From contig JAIVFI010000013.1 of NCBI GenBank assembly GCA_025558095.1, forward strand, positions 682,001-746,000: a DNA stretch of 64,000 nt, written 5' to 3'. The DNA is from Hyaloraphidium curvatum SAG 235-1. Lineage: Eukaryota; Fungi; Monoblepharomycota. Below the pieces are notes generated by a model. That model did not search any database. It saw nothing but the letters and a program-made list of their open reading frames with translations, and was not told the origin of the DNA. Below, piece after piece: positions 31,534 to 45,054 of the stretch; within the stretch, counting starts at the first letter, position 1; each line of letters opens with the position of its first letter. Position numbers and translations under genes: made by a program.

Positions 31534-31678
31534 CCGCGGACCCGGGAAACGATTCTTGTGTACACTGCGCGAATACCCTTTCCGTTCCCGTGCGGGCTCC
31601 CGGGGCCGATCTGGCGACGCGGGGTGCGATCGCCGCGCCGCTGCCCCGGAACCCCGCATCCCGGCGCCCTTCCCCGCC

Positions 31679-32214
31679 ATGTCCCTCCCCTCCTACGCCC
31701 GCCTCCTCTTCGGCGTGCTCGAGCCCGCCAGCAACCTCGTCGGCGCCGTCGCGGGCCTCGCGCGGCCGCGGTGGTTCGCGACCGAGGGCCTCTGGCCGAC
31801 GTCGCCGCCGCCCGCCGCGTCGGGCGCGGGCGAGCTGGTGGACCACATGGCGAGGATGGTTCGTCGCCCGCTTCGGATCGACGCGTTTCGTGGCTTCTGA
31901 TGCGCGTACCGAATGGATTGTTCGACGGCCTGTACCCGCGACGCGTCCCGCAGTACGCCATCCCCCTCATCCCCCTGATCGGCACCTTCCTCGCCCTCTT
32001 CTCCACCGACCGCCCACCCGCCGAACAGGCCGCGCTCGCCCCTGCGCGGCGCCTGGTGATCCAGGTGCTCCTGTTCGGGGACCTCGTGCACGTGGCCAAC
32101 TGGTTCTACCCCGCCCGGAACGGGGGAACGATCAACAGGGCAGGGTTCGCGGGGAACGTGGTGTTTACGGGGGTGCTGATGGTGGGGAGGGTGGCGTATC
32201 TCGCGGGGTACTAG
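31679..32214 (+). CDS. Small 4-TM membrane protein
   Basis: MSLPSYARLLFGVLEP..., intron, YAIPLIP...LLFGDLVHV...GRVAYLAGY*. Confidence 0.65.
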
Positions 32215-32475
32215 GGCGCCCCGTTCGTGGCCCGATCCGAGGTCCCCCGCTCCGCCGCAGCTGGCATCCGGCAACGTCGGCCCGCCTGCCGCTCCGGCAA
32301 TGACTTTTACGTGTACTTAAAACAGGTTGGACTACAGCTACTCTAGGTCGACGCAGCCTATGCTACTTGTAGAATACGCGAACCTGCCGCCCGGGCACCC
32401 TTCCAATAGATCCCAATACCGCAATCTCCGCTCGGGAAGCTCACCCAGAACACCACAACGACTCGCTCAGGAGGC

Positions 32476-34221
32476 TCAGAAGGCGGCGACGGCGGCCAGC
32501 ACCGCCGCGAACCCGGCCGCCGCGACGCCGCCGCCGATCCTGCCGGCCGAGGCGGGGCGTGAGGTGGTCGCGACGGTCGTGGGGGCGGCGGTCGTCACGG
32601 TGCTCGCGGCGGCGGTGGTGCTCGTTCCGGCGGCGGAAACCGTGGTGCTGGCGGCACTGGTGACGGCGCTCGCGGTCGCGGAGCCGGTTCCGGTGGCGGT
32701 GGGAACGACGGTCGCCTGCACGGGCGCGGGTCAGCTGCCTGGGAACGGAAGGCGATCGGGGGACCCACGGTCGCGGTGGCGGTGGCGGTGGTGCCGCCGA
32801 GGAAGCCCGGGGGGATGAGGACGGCGTCGATGACGTGGATCTGCGGGGGCGGCGTCAGCGCGGGCCGTCAGGGAGGGGTCCCCGCCCGCCCGCGGAACCC
32901 ACCACCCCGTTGCAGGTGCCGATGTTGGGCTGGATCACCCTGGCATTGTAGGGCGCGGTGCCGACGACGACGCCGGAGTCGGTGTTGGACACGGCGAGCG
33001 ACTGGTTGGTCAGCAGCGTGGGCAGGGAGAAGTTGCCGGCGGGGAGCTCGGTGGAGAAGGCGACGGCGGGGACCACGTGGTACGAGAGGACGGCCTGGAT
33101 GAGCTCGTTGGTGACGTTGACGCCGCTGGCCTGGAGGGAGGCGAGGGCGGTGGCGAAGGCTTCGGTCGTCGGGGCGAAGCTGGCAGTTCACGATCGGATC
33201 AGCATGATGCTCGGGGCAGGAGATCGTCCGCAAAACGCCCACATCGTCGCGTTCGGCAGGGTGTCGACGACGCTGGACAGGTTCTGCGAGGTGATGGCCT
33301 GCAGCAGCCCCGCGAACTCGGGCCCCCCGAGCCTGGCGGTGTCGGTCGGGCACAGCGGCGGGAGCACGACGCTGTCGACGACGTTGATCTGCGCCGTGTC
33401 GGTGGGGATGAAATCGACCACCGTGGCGGCGGGGTACAGGTTGTTCTTGATCTCGACGCCGTTGGAGTAGTCGACGAAGGAGCGCTGCGGGTTTTGCTGC
33501 CGGGGGGCGGGATCAGGCGGTGCTTGTGTACGCCGCGGGGGAGCGATCCCACCGTCGTGAGCTTCGAGGGGTCCGAGGAGTTGAGGAACGACGGGATCAG
33601 GGCCTGCCCGCCGGCGAACGGTCCGTACACGTGGAACTTGAGGATGCCGTTGAGCACGGCGGGGCTCGTGAGGTTGACGTCGGTGATGTTGGCGGCGGCC
33701 AGCTGGGCGGGGACATTCGTGAGGGCATCGGCAAAAGCGGCGTCGGTAGGAGCAAAGAGGGTGTTGCCGCGGACGAGGAGCTGGGCAGGGCGGGAACGAT
33801 CCAGTGTCGGTTGAGGTAAGGCGGCGGCGCCACCGCGCAACGGCACCGCGGACCCGCGCCGGAATCGGCCGTGCGGAAACCCGAGATCGCGCGCCACGCG
33901 CGGATCACACGCGTCCGCCCACGCCCCGGGGCCGCGATCCGACGCGGCGATGGACATCCGCGGCGCACAGCCATCGACCCACGGGAAGCACGTCGGGGAA
34001 CTGCAGCCCCAGGCCGACGAGCGTCGACAGGTTGTACGGCTTGGAAATGTTGCCTGCGGCGCGATCGGCTCGGATTCAGGCGCCCATCCGCGCGGCAAGG
34101 AAGGCGGCGCGGACCCACCGCTCGCGATCCCGAGGAGCGTCTCCACGGCCGTGGCCGCTTCGGCGGAGGAGGCGGCGCCGAGCGCGAAAAGCGCGGAGGC
34201 AACAAACGCGGCGAATTTCAT
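32476..34221 (-). CDS. Fasciclin (2x FAS1) cell-surface protein with Thr-rich stalk and GPI-like tail, paralog A
   Basis: Signal peptide; motifs TLFAPTDAAF, ILKFHV, IFAPTTEAF, YHVVP, NGVIHVIDAVLIP; hydrophobic C-terminus; about 6 introns. Confidence 0.9.
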
Positions 34222-34557
34222 CGTGGCGGGGCGCGGCGCGGAGTCTTGGTGGCGATGGCGCGTGGGGAAGATGTGCGGCTCGCGGAAATTCGCGGGTGCT
34301 CCCCAGCCCATTCGGCGATCCCAACCTGCGCCATTCACCCAGAGTCAGTCTGGGACCTCATCGTGGGCTACTTCGCCCCGATCTCCGCCGAGATGCTTTC
34401 GAGAAAGCGTGTTACTGTTACAGACGTTGACTAAGGCAGCTAGAGACTAGTGTAGGTCGTTTTGATCAGCCTCGAACCGTCTCGGGCCAGATGTCTTCCA
34501 AACAATGCCCCAATAGATCCTCCGGAATATGGCGTTCGTCGACAAAGGCATGCCCGC

Positions 34558-36196
34558 TCAGAAGGCGGCGGCGGCGGCCAGGACGGCAGCGAAACCGGCC
34601 ACGGCGACGCCGGAGCCGACCTTGCCCGCGGCGGCCGGGCGCGAGGTGGTCGTGGGGGCAGCCGTCGTGGTGGGCGCGGCGGTGGCGGTGGCAGTGCCGG
34701 TTGCGGTGCGCTGTTTGGAACGGCGAAATTAGACACCTGGCGTCCGGGGTCGGCCGGAGCCAACTCACGGTGACGGTGACGGTGCTGCTGCCGCCGAGCG
34801 CGGCAATGATGCTGGGGGGAAGCAGCACTGCGTCGATCAGGTGAATCTAATGTTGACTGTGAGCAGCTTTCCAAACCGAATCAATGGTCAAGCTTACGAC
34901 GCCGTTGCAGGTGCCGACGTTGGGAAGAGTCACTTTGGCGGTGTAGGGTGCCGTGCCGACGACCACGCCCGCGGCGGTGTTGGAGATGGGCAGGGTCTCG
35001 TTGGCAAGGGTGGGCACGGTCGAGTTGCCGGCGGGGAGCTCGCTTGAGAAGGCCACGGCGGGCACCACATGGTAGGCGAGGATTCCGTTGATGAGCTCGG
35101 GGGTCAAGGTCACGTTGAGGGTCCCAAGCGCAGCCAGAGCGGTCTGAAAAGCCGTGGTGTTGGGAGCGAAGCTGGCGAAACGAATCAACGTCGGTTGGCC
35201 AGTGCCGGAACCGCAGAACTCACATGGTGGCCTGGGGCAGTGTGTTAACGACATTGGTAAGGTTCTGCTGCGTCACAGCCCCGAGGAAGCCAGCGAACTC
35301 GGGGCCGCCGAGCTTGGCGGTGTCGGTGGGGCACAGGGGGGGCAGGACGAGGTTGTTGACGACGTTGATGACGCCGTTGTCGGTGGGGATGGTGTCGATG
35401 ACCTGGGCGGGCTGGTAGAGGCCGTTGGTGATGGCGGTGCCGTTGGCGTAGTTGACCAGCGAGCGCTGGGGGTTGAGCTGCGCGGCGGCCAGGGTAAGCC
35501 AGTTGCTCGAAGGGTGATCACCGCGGTCTCCTGCACACCGTCGTGAGTTTCGAGGGGTCAGACGAGTTGAGGTACGAGTTGATCAGGGTCTGGCCGCCGG
35601 CGAAGGGGCGGTAGAGGTGGAACTTGAGGATGCCGCCGATCACGGCGGGGTCCGAGAGGTTGACGCTGGTGATGTTGGCGCCCTGGAGCGCAGCCGGGAC
35701 GGCGACCAAGGCCGAGGCGAAAGCAGCGTCGGTGGGCGCGAAGAGCGTCGTGTTCTGCGAGGCTAGCTGCGAGGCGGGAAGGAGGGGTGAGCTTCCGAAG
35801 TGGCACCGAGCAGGGGGAAGCAGGGGATCAACGCGGTGCCGGCTCGCGGCGGCCGCGCATCGCCACGTGGCGCGAGGCCTAGTCCGTCCGACATCGCCGC
35901 CGGCCGAATCGGCGAGGCACCGCGCCATCCCACGACCGCGGAACGCGCCACTCACCCCAACGACCTCGGGGTACTGGGTGGCCAGGCCGACGAGCGTCGA
36001 CACGTTGTACGGCTTGGTAATGTTGCCTTCGATTGAAATGAGCGCGATTCGCGGGCGGATAGCGGGGGACGGCCGCGATGGCGCGACTCTCACCACTGAT
36101 GATGCCGAGCAGCGTCTCGACGGTCGACGCCGCGTCCGCCGAGGCGGCGGCGCCGAGGGCGAGCAGGGCCGAGGCGGCAAACGTCGAGAATTTCAT
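34558..36196 (-). CDS. Fasciclin (2x FAS1) cell-surface protein, paralog B
   Basis: Same motifs and same intron positions as paralog A. Confidence 0.9.
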
Positions 36197-37058
36197 CGTG
36201 GCGTGGCGGGCGGCGGCGGGACGCGGACGACGAGTGAACAGAAAAGTGGAGGTTCGCGTGGGAATGCTCAGCCCGCCGCAACAACCCGATCGCGCAGAGC
36301 CATCCGTGCACAGCCCCCGGCAAAAGTCGGCAGCGAGGTTCCGCGAGCTTCCACCCCGCCGCTTGACCCAGCAAACGACTTTGCCGGGCAGCGTCCACCT
36401 AGTCCGCTCCATGGACATCAGTTCCCGAAGGATCCGCGATGGTCTCGTCGGTGATGACCAAGCCGGGATGGTCCAACGTCCCGATGCGGACGAAACATGG
36501 ATCGACGGCACATCGAGCCTCGGAAACCTCGCATCGTGCTCGGTCTACCGTCCGAACAGGCTCAAGCACGTCGTGGAGGGGCTGAGGGGACTTCCACGGT
36601 CACAGATTGTCCCATGGGGATGGCACGTGAAAGCCACATTCGTAGTGGAGAGGGGAGCTCATTTTACCGCTCAAGATCGATAGTACCGACGTAGCCTCGT
36701 TACGTAACACAACTTTGCTTCCCAAAACACCAGATCCGAAGTCGATCATCTGTGCCGTCCCGCTGATATGGCACCCCATCACGGCGCCCTCGATCCAATA
36801 CAGTCGCCGGAAACCTGAAGATCATGTGCAACTCCATTCATTCATGGGATCACATCTCGGAGTTTCATGCCGTCGAACCGAACCGCCGTTGGACAGCTCA
36901 TCCGGCAGAACGGGATCCCGGCGGCGGGCAGAAGATGGACGCGCGCGCCTAAACTCGAAGTCCCCGACCACGCAAACCTCCGCTCAACACTCGGGCGAGG
37001 CCGGCGCAGTTGGTATAGAGCGCTGCACATTCAAACCGCCGACCGGCCCATCGCCTCC

Positions 37059-40000
37059 ATGCCGTCGACTTTGGGCGCCGAGACCTTCGTGGTCATCCTC
37101 ATGTCGGCCCTGACCTCCATCCCCGGCATGTGGACCGTCCTGAACGCCGTGGTGCCGGACAGCAAGGACTCGCTCTTCCTGCGGCGGCTGAAGGTCTACA
37201 ACACGGCCATCAACGCCTTTTTGCGGGTCCGGTATGCCCAGTGGAAGACCAAAGGGCTGGCGGACGACGACCCGAAGTCCATGAAGATCTGGGAGGCGAC
37301 GCACCGCAGGAATGCCGACGATTTCTACAGCGTCGGCACGTCTCTGGAGGGCGTGTGGATCAAGGCCGGTCAGGTGGGTTGGCCGGAGACCTGTCCGGCT
37401 TCTACTTCTGGAGCTGACTCCGATTCGCGTCCCGCAGTACATGAGCACTCGTGCTGACGTCCTTCCGCTGCCCTACATCGAGAAGCTCCGCCCTCTCACC
37501 GACTCGCTTCCCCCCAAGCCGTTCGAAGAGGTCGAGCAGACCATCCTCGAGGACATGGGTGTCAACTCCCTCTCCCAGGCCTTCGCTTCCGTGGACCGCA
37601 CCCCCCTCGCCACGGCTTCGATAGCCCAGGTCCACCGCGCGGTCCTGCTCGACGGCACCCAGGCGGTGGTCAAGGTGCAGCACCGCAACGTGGCGGACAA
37701 GATCCGGCAGGATCTGCGCAACCTTTCCCACATCGTGGAGCTTGTGGCGCGGTACGAGCCCGAGTGGGACCTGCGGCCGGTGCTGGACGAGTGGGCGAGG
37801 GAGTTGCCGGCGGAGCTGGACTTTAGGAAGGAAGCGGCCAACATGAAGGAGGTCGAGGACTCGATCAACGAGTTCCAGGCGTCGCTCGCGAAGCTGGACG
37901 AGCTGCCGGCGCTGTGGAAGGAGCTCGGCCTGACCAAGGACTTGCTGCGGTTCTCAGTGCGGCTGCCGAAAGTCGTGCCGGACTTTGTCAAGGAGAAGGT
38001 CCTGGTGCTCGAATACGTCGACGGCTTCCGGCTCAGCGAGGTCAACAAGATGAAGGCCGCCGGCGTGGACCTCGACCAGATCAGTCGCGCCATCACCCAC
38101 AGCTACGGATATCAAATCTTCACCACTGGGTGAGGCGTCGGCATGTCTCACATCGCGGAACCGTCGCTGATTCCTGCTTGCCAGGATCTACAATGCCGAC
38201 CCGCACGCAGGCAACTTCCTCGTCGCGCCGACGGACCCCACCCGCCCCGCCCACCCCGTCGATAACCCGTACCAGGCCGTCCTCCTCGACTTTGGTCTCA
38301 CCAAGCACCTCACCTCCTCGGAACGCCTCGGCCTCTCGCGCATGCTCATCTCGGCGTCCGAGGTGGACTACGCCGGCCTGCTCTCGTCGCTCGAGGAGAT
38401 CGGACTGAAGCTCAACATTGATGAGCCCCAGGCCAGCATGGACGTGGTGCGGTTCCTCTTCCGGCGCGGCGAATCCCGGGAGGAATCGATGGAGACCAAC
38501 AAGCAGAAGCGGGAGGAGTGGGAAAAGGCGGACGAGGAGAGAAAGCGCAGGGAAAAGGAGCGCGGCGCGCCCCGGCGCAAGCTACTGGACGCCTTCCCCT
38601 CGTGCCTGATCCTGTTCGGCCGGGTGCTCAACCTGCTCCGCGGCGTGAGCACGGGGCTAGGGGCCAAGGAGAACTATCTCGAGGGCCTGAGCCCGTTCGC
38701 CAAGGTCGGCCTGGTGGGCGACTTTGAGTCCTCCGCGGCCGAGGAAACCCGCGGAACCGGCGCGGTGTGGGATACGGTCTCGCGGCTCCGCGAAGAGCGC
38801 CACATTCTCGGCGTGCAGGTCTCGGTGCGCAAGGCCGGCGCCGAGGTGCCCTCGCTGAGCGCCGTCGCGGGCCACATGGGCCGGTTCGACCCCCGCCCGT
38901 ACGCAAAGGACACTTTGACCAACGTCTACTCTGCCACCAAGCCCGTCGTCGCGCTGGCGATCCACTTGCTCGTCGCCGAGGGCAAGTGCGGGTACGACGA
39001 TCCCGTGGTGCGGTACTGGCCCTCGTACGCTCGCGAGGGCACGGCCAAGTCGCGAACGACGATCCGAGACGTGCTGGAACACCGCGCGGGGATGCAGGAC
39101 GCGGCAACGAGGGAGATTGCGCTGGACGCCTTCATCATGCGGGACTGGGACAAGATGATGAAGCTGATGGAGGAGGCCGAGCCGGATCCGGAGCCTGGGA
39201 CCGAGACGCGTTACCACTACTTCTCGTACGCCTGGCTCGCGGGCGGCCTGGTTCAGAAGGTCGCGGGCAAGCCGTGCATGGACTACATCCGCGAGAGGAT
39301 CTTTGTCCCCCTGGGCTACTCGACGCCCGAGACGTCGCACATGTTCATCGGCATCCCGTCGAAAGTGGTCGACACGAGGCTGGCGAGCGTGGTCTGGGAC
39401 CTGCACGAGGTGCGGGCGATGTTCTCGCGCGCGGCGGTGGAGGAGGGGGAGGAAGTGGCGGACGGCGAGCGTAACGACAGCGGGTTCGGCGTCGGGTCGA
39501 TCGAGGACCTCGTCGAGCGGACCGAGGACTCGGCGGAGAATGGAGTCGCCAACGGAGCCCCCGCCCCGGAGGCCGCCCCGGGCGCACCCGCCACGCCCAA
39601 GAAGTTCGACCTCCGCGAAGCACTGCGCTCCGACCCCCGCATGCAGGCTGCCCTGCTGACATCCAACCCGACCCTGTTCAACCACCTCTTCCTGCGCCGC
39701 GCCGTGATTCCATCGGCGAACGGGCACTTTTCCGCGCACGGACTGTCGGCCTTCCACGCCGAAATTGCGGCAGCGTGGAGCGGCAAATCGAAGATCGTGG
39801 GCCTTGACAAAGCCCGGGTGGGGAAGATGGCCTGGGGCGCGTCGGGGACCGGCTTGACTTCGGTCGAGAGGGAGCTCGCCGACCCGGCGACGGGTGTGCC
39901 GCCGTTCAAGTACCGCGTCACGCTGTCGCAGCTGGCTCGGATCGGGAAGGAGGTTGGGCAGCAGCTCGTGGGAGGTGGACTGATGCGGTATCTGTTCGTG

Positions 40001-40297
40001 CGGCCCCTCGGAGATGCCGAGCGCGCGGGCGGCGAGTCTCACGAGGTGACCGTGGGCATCGGCCACGCCGGGTTCGGCGGCTCCGTCGGGCTGGCGCTGC
40101 CGAGTGAGGACGCCTCGGTCGCGATCGTGGTGAACAAGCTGGATGTGCGCGGGGGAGTGACGAGGGAGCTGCTGGACGCGGTGGCGGGGGAGCTGGGAAT
40201 CGGGAGGGCGGCGCAGTTCGGTGCGGTGCTGGATGGAGCGGAAGGCGGCGAGGGAGCGGTGAACGCGGAGCTGAACCCGTTCGGGAGGATGATTTGA
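37059..40297 (+). CDS. ABC1/UbiB atypical kinase fused to beta-lactamase-like serine hydrolase domain
   Basis: Kinase motifs IKAGQ, ATASIAQVH, VKVQ, ELDF, NADPHAGN, LLDFG. Hydrolase motifs SATK, YHYFSY, GHAG. Two introns (~37374-37437, ~38130-38184). Confidence 0.9.
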
Positions 40298-40367
40298 AGA
40301 GTAGTTTTCACGGATAGATTAGATCTCTTGCTTCCTTGCTACAGCATTCGTTTCCTGTCTTTCCCTC

Positions 40368-40917
40368 TCACTTGTTTGCCTTCCCGATGATCCCCTTCTT
40401 GACGATGATGTTGCCGTAAAGCGCCGTCTCCCTGAGCGGCAGAGCCGGAGGTGAGCACACATGAAGTCGGCAAGCCGCAGCCCTTTCGCACCCACCCAGT
40501 CGCAACCACCGCAAACGCCTTCTTCGCTCTCTCGTAGAACGCGAACCTCTCCACTTCCTGCAGCTCCACGTTCCTCCCCTCGGCCTTCTCCGCTATCGCG
40601 CGGTAGGTCGCCCACACCTCGGGCTCCTTCCACCCCATCTTGACGTGCTCGTCCATCATCGCCATCACGGCCACTTCACCGTCGCCCCTCCCGATACCGG
40701 GATCGTCCAGCGGGAGCAGGGAAAGCACCGCCTCGAGCAGCTCCGGCACGCCGACGCCGTCGAACCGTAGCGCTTCTCCCAGCGCGGTCGAACGCGACAT
40801 GGAGTGCGAGGGGAAGTTGGCGTCCGCGAGCACGAGCTCGTCGCCGTGGCCCATGAGCGCGAGGCAGCGGAGCAGGTCCGGGGTGAGGATGGAGGGGACG
40901 TTCTTCAGCACCGTCAT
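40368..40917 (-). CDS. fucU: L-fucose mutarotase (RbsD/FucU family)
   Basis: MGHGDELVLADANFP, ERFAFYERAK, and ATG|ETALYGNIIVKKG across one intron. Confidence 0.9.
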
Positions 40918-41420
40918 CGGATGCGGGGCCGGGGGCGAAGAACGGGGAGAAGGGGCGAGATACGCGCGATGTGGGGATTTCAGACGCGTGGGAGTGGGGA
41001 CGACGCGTGGAAAAAGCACCAGCAGTTGGAACGTGAGAATCTTGGGGAGGGGTGGCAAGAGAGCTGGCGCGGTTGACCTATGCTGGGGCGCCAACGGTCC
41101 TCCACGAGCTTCCGGGCAGGACTCACGATGTTTTCAAGATGATGGAAGATGAGCTTCTGGAATGGATGCCGTGTACGCGAAAGCCGTCTTTCACGCGCTG
41201 GAATCAGGAGGCCGGATCCCGCACAAGCCAACCAAGCGTCAGCCCAGACAACGAGTGGAATCCAGCGTTTACGTGCCTCCTGGTCAAAAATCTTGCGTCT
41301 TTGAAATGATTCCTGGGCGGGGAGATGTAGCTTTCTCGTTCGAACGTTCGATGGTGCACAGCCGCGGGACCTGTGGCGCGGGAGACATCCAACCTTCACT
41401 GTCCCCACCCCTGCAGGAGC

Positions 41421-42395
41421 ATGATGGCCTCTATCCACTCGCCCGCAATCACCAAAAAGGTCGTCCTGATTACGGGCGCCGCGAGCGGCTTCGGTCGCCG
41501 CCTCGCGGAGAAGGTTGCGGCCCGCGGCCCGCGCGCCCTCGTACTCGCCGACATCGACGGGGCCGCGGGCGAGGAGTTCGCCGGGGAACTGAAGGGCAAG
41601 GGCGTCAACGCGCGCTTCGTGAAGGTGGACCTCGCGGAGATGGACCAGGTCAAGGCGATGGTGGTCGGGGTGCTCAAGAACGAGGGCGGGATCGACGTGC
41701 TCGTCAACGTGGGCACTCGAGGCGCTTGGACCTCTCCGTTTATGCTGATGCGGTCAATCGCCGACTTCCGATTGCCCAGAATGCCGGGTACGGCGACTCA
41801 ACCTTCAACCGTGCCGTAGAGCGCGGCGACGTGGACTTCCCGCCCGACCGTTGGATCAAAATGACCCAAGTCAACTACTTTGCCCTCGTCTACGCGACCC
41901 AGATCGCCTGCGCCGCCGCGCGCAAGTCCGACCGCCCCTTGGTGGTCGTCTCCACCGCCAGCATGGCCGGCATTCTACCCCAGCCGGAGCCCGTCTACTC
42001 CTCGGGCAAGGCCGCGGTGATCCACTTCACCCGCAGCCTGGCGTCGCTCGCGCCGCTGGTCCGCGCGGCGGCGGTGTGCCCGAATGCCGCGGAGACGGGG
42101 TTCATGGCGGCTTCGTATGACGGGGACGAGATGAAGGGGTTCGCGGAGGCGATGAAGCCCAATATGGTGACGGTGGACAGCGTGTCGGACGCGCTGCTGC
42201 GCTGCATCGAGGAGACGAAGCTCGCAGGTGGGTCGCCTTTGGGGCCGGGTCGATTTTGCGTGAGTTGACCGCTGATGCTGCTTGCCCGTTGCCCAATCAG
42301 GCCAGATCGTCCGGATCGTGCCGCGCGGGACGGATGTGTGGGACCCGAGGACGGGCAAGACCACGCCGATCGACAAGTTTTCGGGCCGGCTGTAG
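41421..42395 (+). CDS. Short-chain dehydrogenase (15-PGDH-like)
   Basis: ITGAASGFG, LVN|NAG, YSSGK; introns ~41709-41779 and ~42228-42300. Confidence 0.9.
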
Positions 42396-42692
42396 TCCGC
42401 GGTAACGGGCCAAAAGAAGATAAACGGGGCAACTTTCTCATCTTCAGCCGTTGGGCTGACCGATGCCTCCGCGTCGGTCCGATTAGATTGTTGTAGTAGG
42501 GCCAGTAGATCAGTTTGCTTCTGAAAAGAAGATCGACGGATCCCGAACAACAGCGTTGCGAACCATCTTGTTGCACCTTTTCAGAGGCAAAGACACCTTT
42601 CGCCCCCGCTCTAGGGTATCGCGGGGCCTACTCGCATGCCCTCCCCTTGTCCTTTTCGATCCACCGCGCCCAGCAGCCTCCGCCCGGCAAGC

Positions 42693-44073
42693 CTAGCGCT
42701 GCCCCTGCCCGCCCATGCCCGGCTGGTTCGCCCATCCGCCCTGCTGGAGCTGCTGCAGCAGCGCGAGCTGCTGCGCCGTGAGGCCGCCGGGGTTGACGGA
42801 GAACTGCGCGAGGAGGGATTGGATGGCGCCCGCGGGGGGCTGCGCGGGGAGCTGCGAGGGGAGGATGGGGGCCGATGTCGGGGGGAGGCCTGGACAGGTG
42901 CGGTCAGCCAACAGCCACTCGAAACAGCACTGGGCAACAACCCACCAGGACGGATGCCGGGGATTCCCTTGTCCAGCGGCGGCACTGGTCCGTTGCCCGG
43001 GGGTACGCCGACGCCCTGCAGCCCCGGGATGGGCCCGACACCTGGCAACCCCGCCGCGCCCGGCACGGGCCCCACCGGCCCGACCCCGCCTATCGCACCG
43101 ACCCCCACGCCCCCGACGCCCACCCCCACGCCCGTCCCGCGCTCCTCCAGGTCCTCGTACCGCACCAGCATCTCCCTCCTCTCCCTCTCCCACCGCTCCG
43201 GCACCCACACCGCGTAAACGCCCCTCTCGAACCCCTGCCCGCGCTGGCCCGCGCCCTCGTCGCGCGTGATCCACATCCGCAGCTCCTTGTGGAAGCGCCA
43301 GTTGCGGTTGTAGAGCTCCTGCGCGGCGTGCTCGGCGAGGAGGTCCCGGGGGAAGGCGTGGAAGATGTACAGCAGCGATTCGTCGCCGAACGAGGGGATC
43401 TTGGACAAGGGGGGCGGGGGCGGGGAAGGGAGGGTGTAGCACGCCGGCAGGGTGAAGGGCGGGGTGGGCGGGGTGGTCGGCGGGTCCAGGAAGGGCGAGA
43501 TGAAGGTCGACCACAGCGGCCTGCGGGCACCACGATCAGCACCCTGCAATCCGCAATGCCAGCAGCAAGAAAAGCACCCTTCCGAGCCCAGATCCAGTCC
43601 CAGCGTCGTCAGGTCGTTGCCCAGCGCCAGCACGTTCCCCTCGCCGCCCTCGCCCTGGCGAATGACGTCGAGCAGGCCGGGCAGCCCCCAGCGGTCCGCG
43701 CCGGACAGCTGCGGGGCCGGCGTCTGCTGAGACGGCGGCGGCTGCTGGGAGGGCGCCGGCGGCGGCGGCGGCGGCAGCGCGGGGCGGCCCTGCGGCGGCG
43801 TCTGCGGCGGGCGGCGCGCGCCCTGTGCCGCGGCCTGCGCGGCCGCCACGATGTTGGCCGCCTGCATCGGCGTCAGCCGCGGTGGGAACTCGTCGCCGGA
43901 CGTCGGCGTCTGAAATGGGGTGAGACGCGTCCGGCAGACGCCCCGCTGCAACCCACCCGCGGCGTGCCCAGCGCCGGAAACTCATCCAGCGTGAAGCTGC
44001 GGTCCGGCATGGTGCCGGCAACAACCGACGCCAGAGGCCGCTGCGGCAGCGACGGGAACTCGGGGAGGGACAT
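42693..44073 (-). CDS. NOT2: CCR4-NOT subunit NOT2
   Basis: DRWGLPGLL, LALGNDLTTLGLDL, FTLPACY, NOT-box ESLLYIFHAFPRD...ELYNRNWRFHKELRMW; 3 introns. Confidence 0.9.
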
Positions 44074-44398
44074 GGTGGGAGGGTGAAGAAGAGGTGCTTA
44101 AGAGTTTTCGCGGCACTGGGGCCCTAAACTCCTAAGCGCCGGGACCAAACAGGGCGACGCGTCGAACGCACTGCCGGTCAGGCAGATCAAGGTATTCGAG
44201 GTGAGATGGCAGTGATCTCCTGCTTACGGGGACAAAAGCCCGGATGATGGCCGCGGTAGTTTCGAAGACCGCCGCCCGATCAAATCCATAGCGCGAGATC
44301 GTGAGCATCGTAGATGGGCAATTTCGGGGCCCCTAGGCGTGCTTCAAATCGTACGAAGATCGGGGTTCCTTTCGGTCGCGGTGGTTCTCTCTCGCTTC

Positions 44399-45030
44399 AT
44401 GTCGTCACTCGCGCTCGCGCTCGCTCCCCGCAGGAATACCAAAGCCCCGGCTCAAAGGGTACTCGATACTGCGGCCGACGGACGGCAAGCATCCCGTGGA
44501 CACCGTGCTCGCGTTCTGCAAGTCGTGGCCCGAGGGCGGGGACCCGACGTTCGCCGGCGGCCCCATCGGATCGAGCTGGATGCCGGACTGTTGGGCGCCT
44601 TCAACGAAACGGACCCCAACCACGCTGCTCGACAGGCCACGGAGGCCAAAATTAAGCAAGCGGTCGAAGGCGTCTTTGATTGTCGCGGGATCGGATGCAT
44701 CGGCTGCGGCGCCGCAACGGCTGTCTCGTACCTGACCTCGTGGTTCGAGACGGAAGGATGGCCTTGGCGGTTGGTCGCGCACGCATTTCCGAGCTGCCTG
44801 GCGTGCGTGCACGCGACGGTCCGCAGGGCAAAGGCCTGGCACAATCGCCCTTCCCGGGGAGCGATCGCAGCTTCTTCTCGTGCGGCGGGGGCTGCGGCAA
44901 GACCTGGATCACGCGCTCCAAGGATTGGAAGAAGGTGGCGGGCATCAAGGGGCCGTTCTAGAGGTGCTCCCGCTGCAAGGGCGCCGCGTACTGTTCCACG
45001 ATACAATGCATACACGACACGCTAATTCTT
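44399..45030 (+). pseudogene. Decayed MYND-family gene
   Basis: CIGC...AFPSCLAC module, a frameshift, CGGGCGK, an in-frame TAG at 44959-44961, then RCSRCKGAAYCSTIQC. Confidence 0.6.
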
Positions 45031-45054
45031 CGCTGGCCAAAAGCGGTCGTCCGT

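Noticed and set aside
36451-36585. Possible C/D snoRNA (GTGATGA...CTGA)
   Set aside because: Box motifs only; no terminal stem or rRNA complement was recognised.
41095-41125. VLHELP as a fourth F-box relic
   Set aside because: The similarity does not extend beyond about 6 codons.
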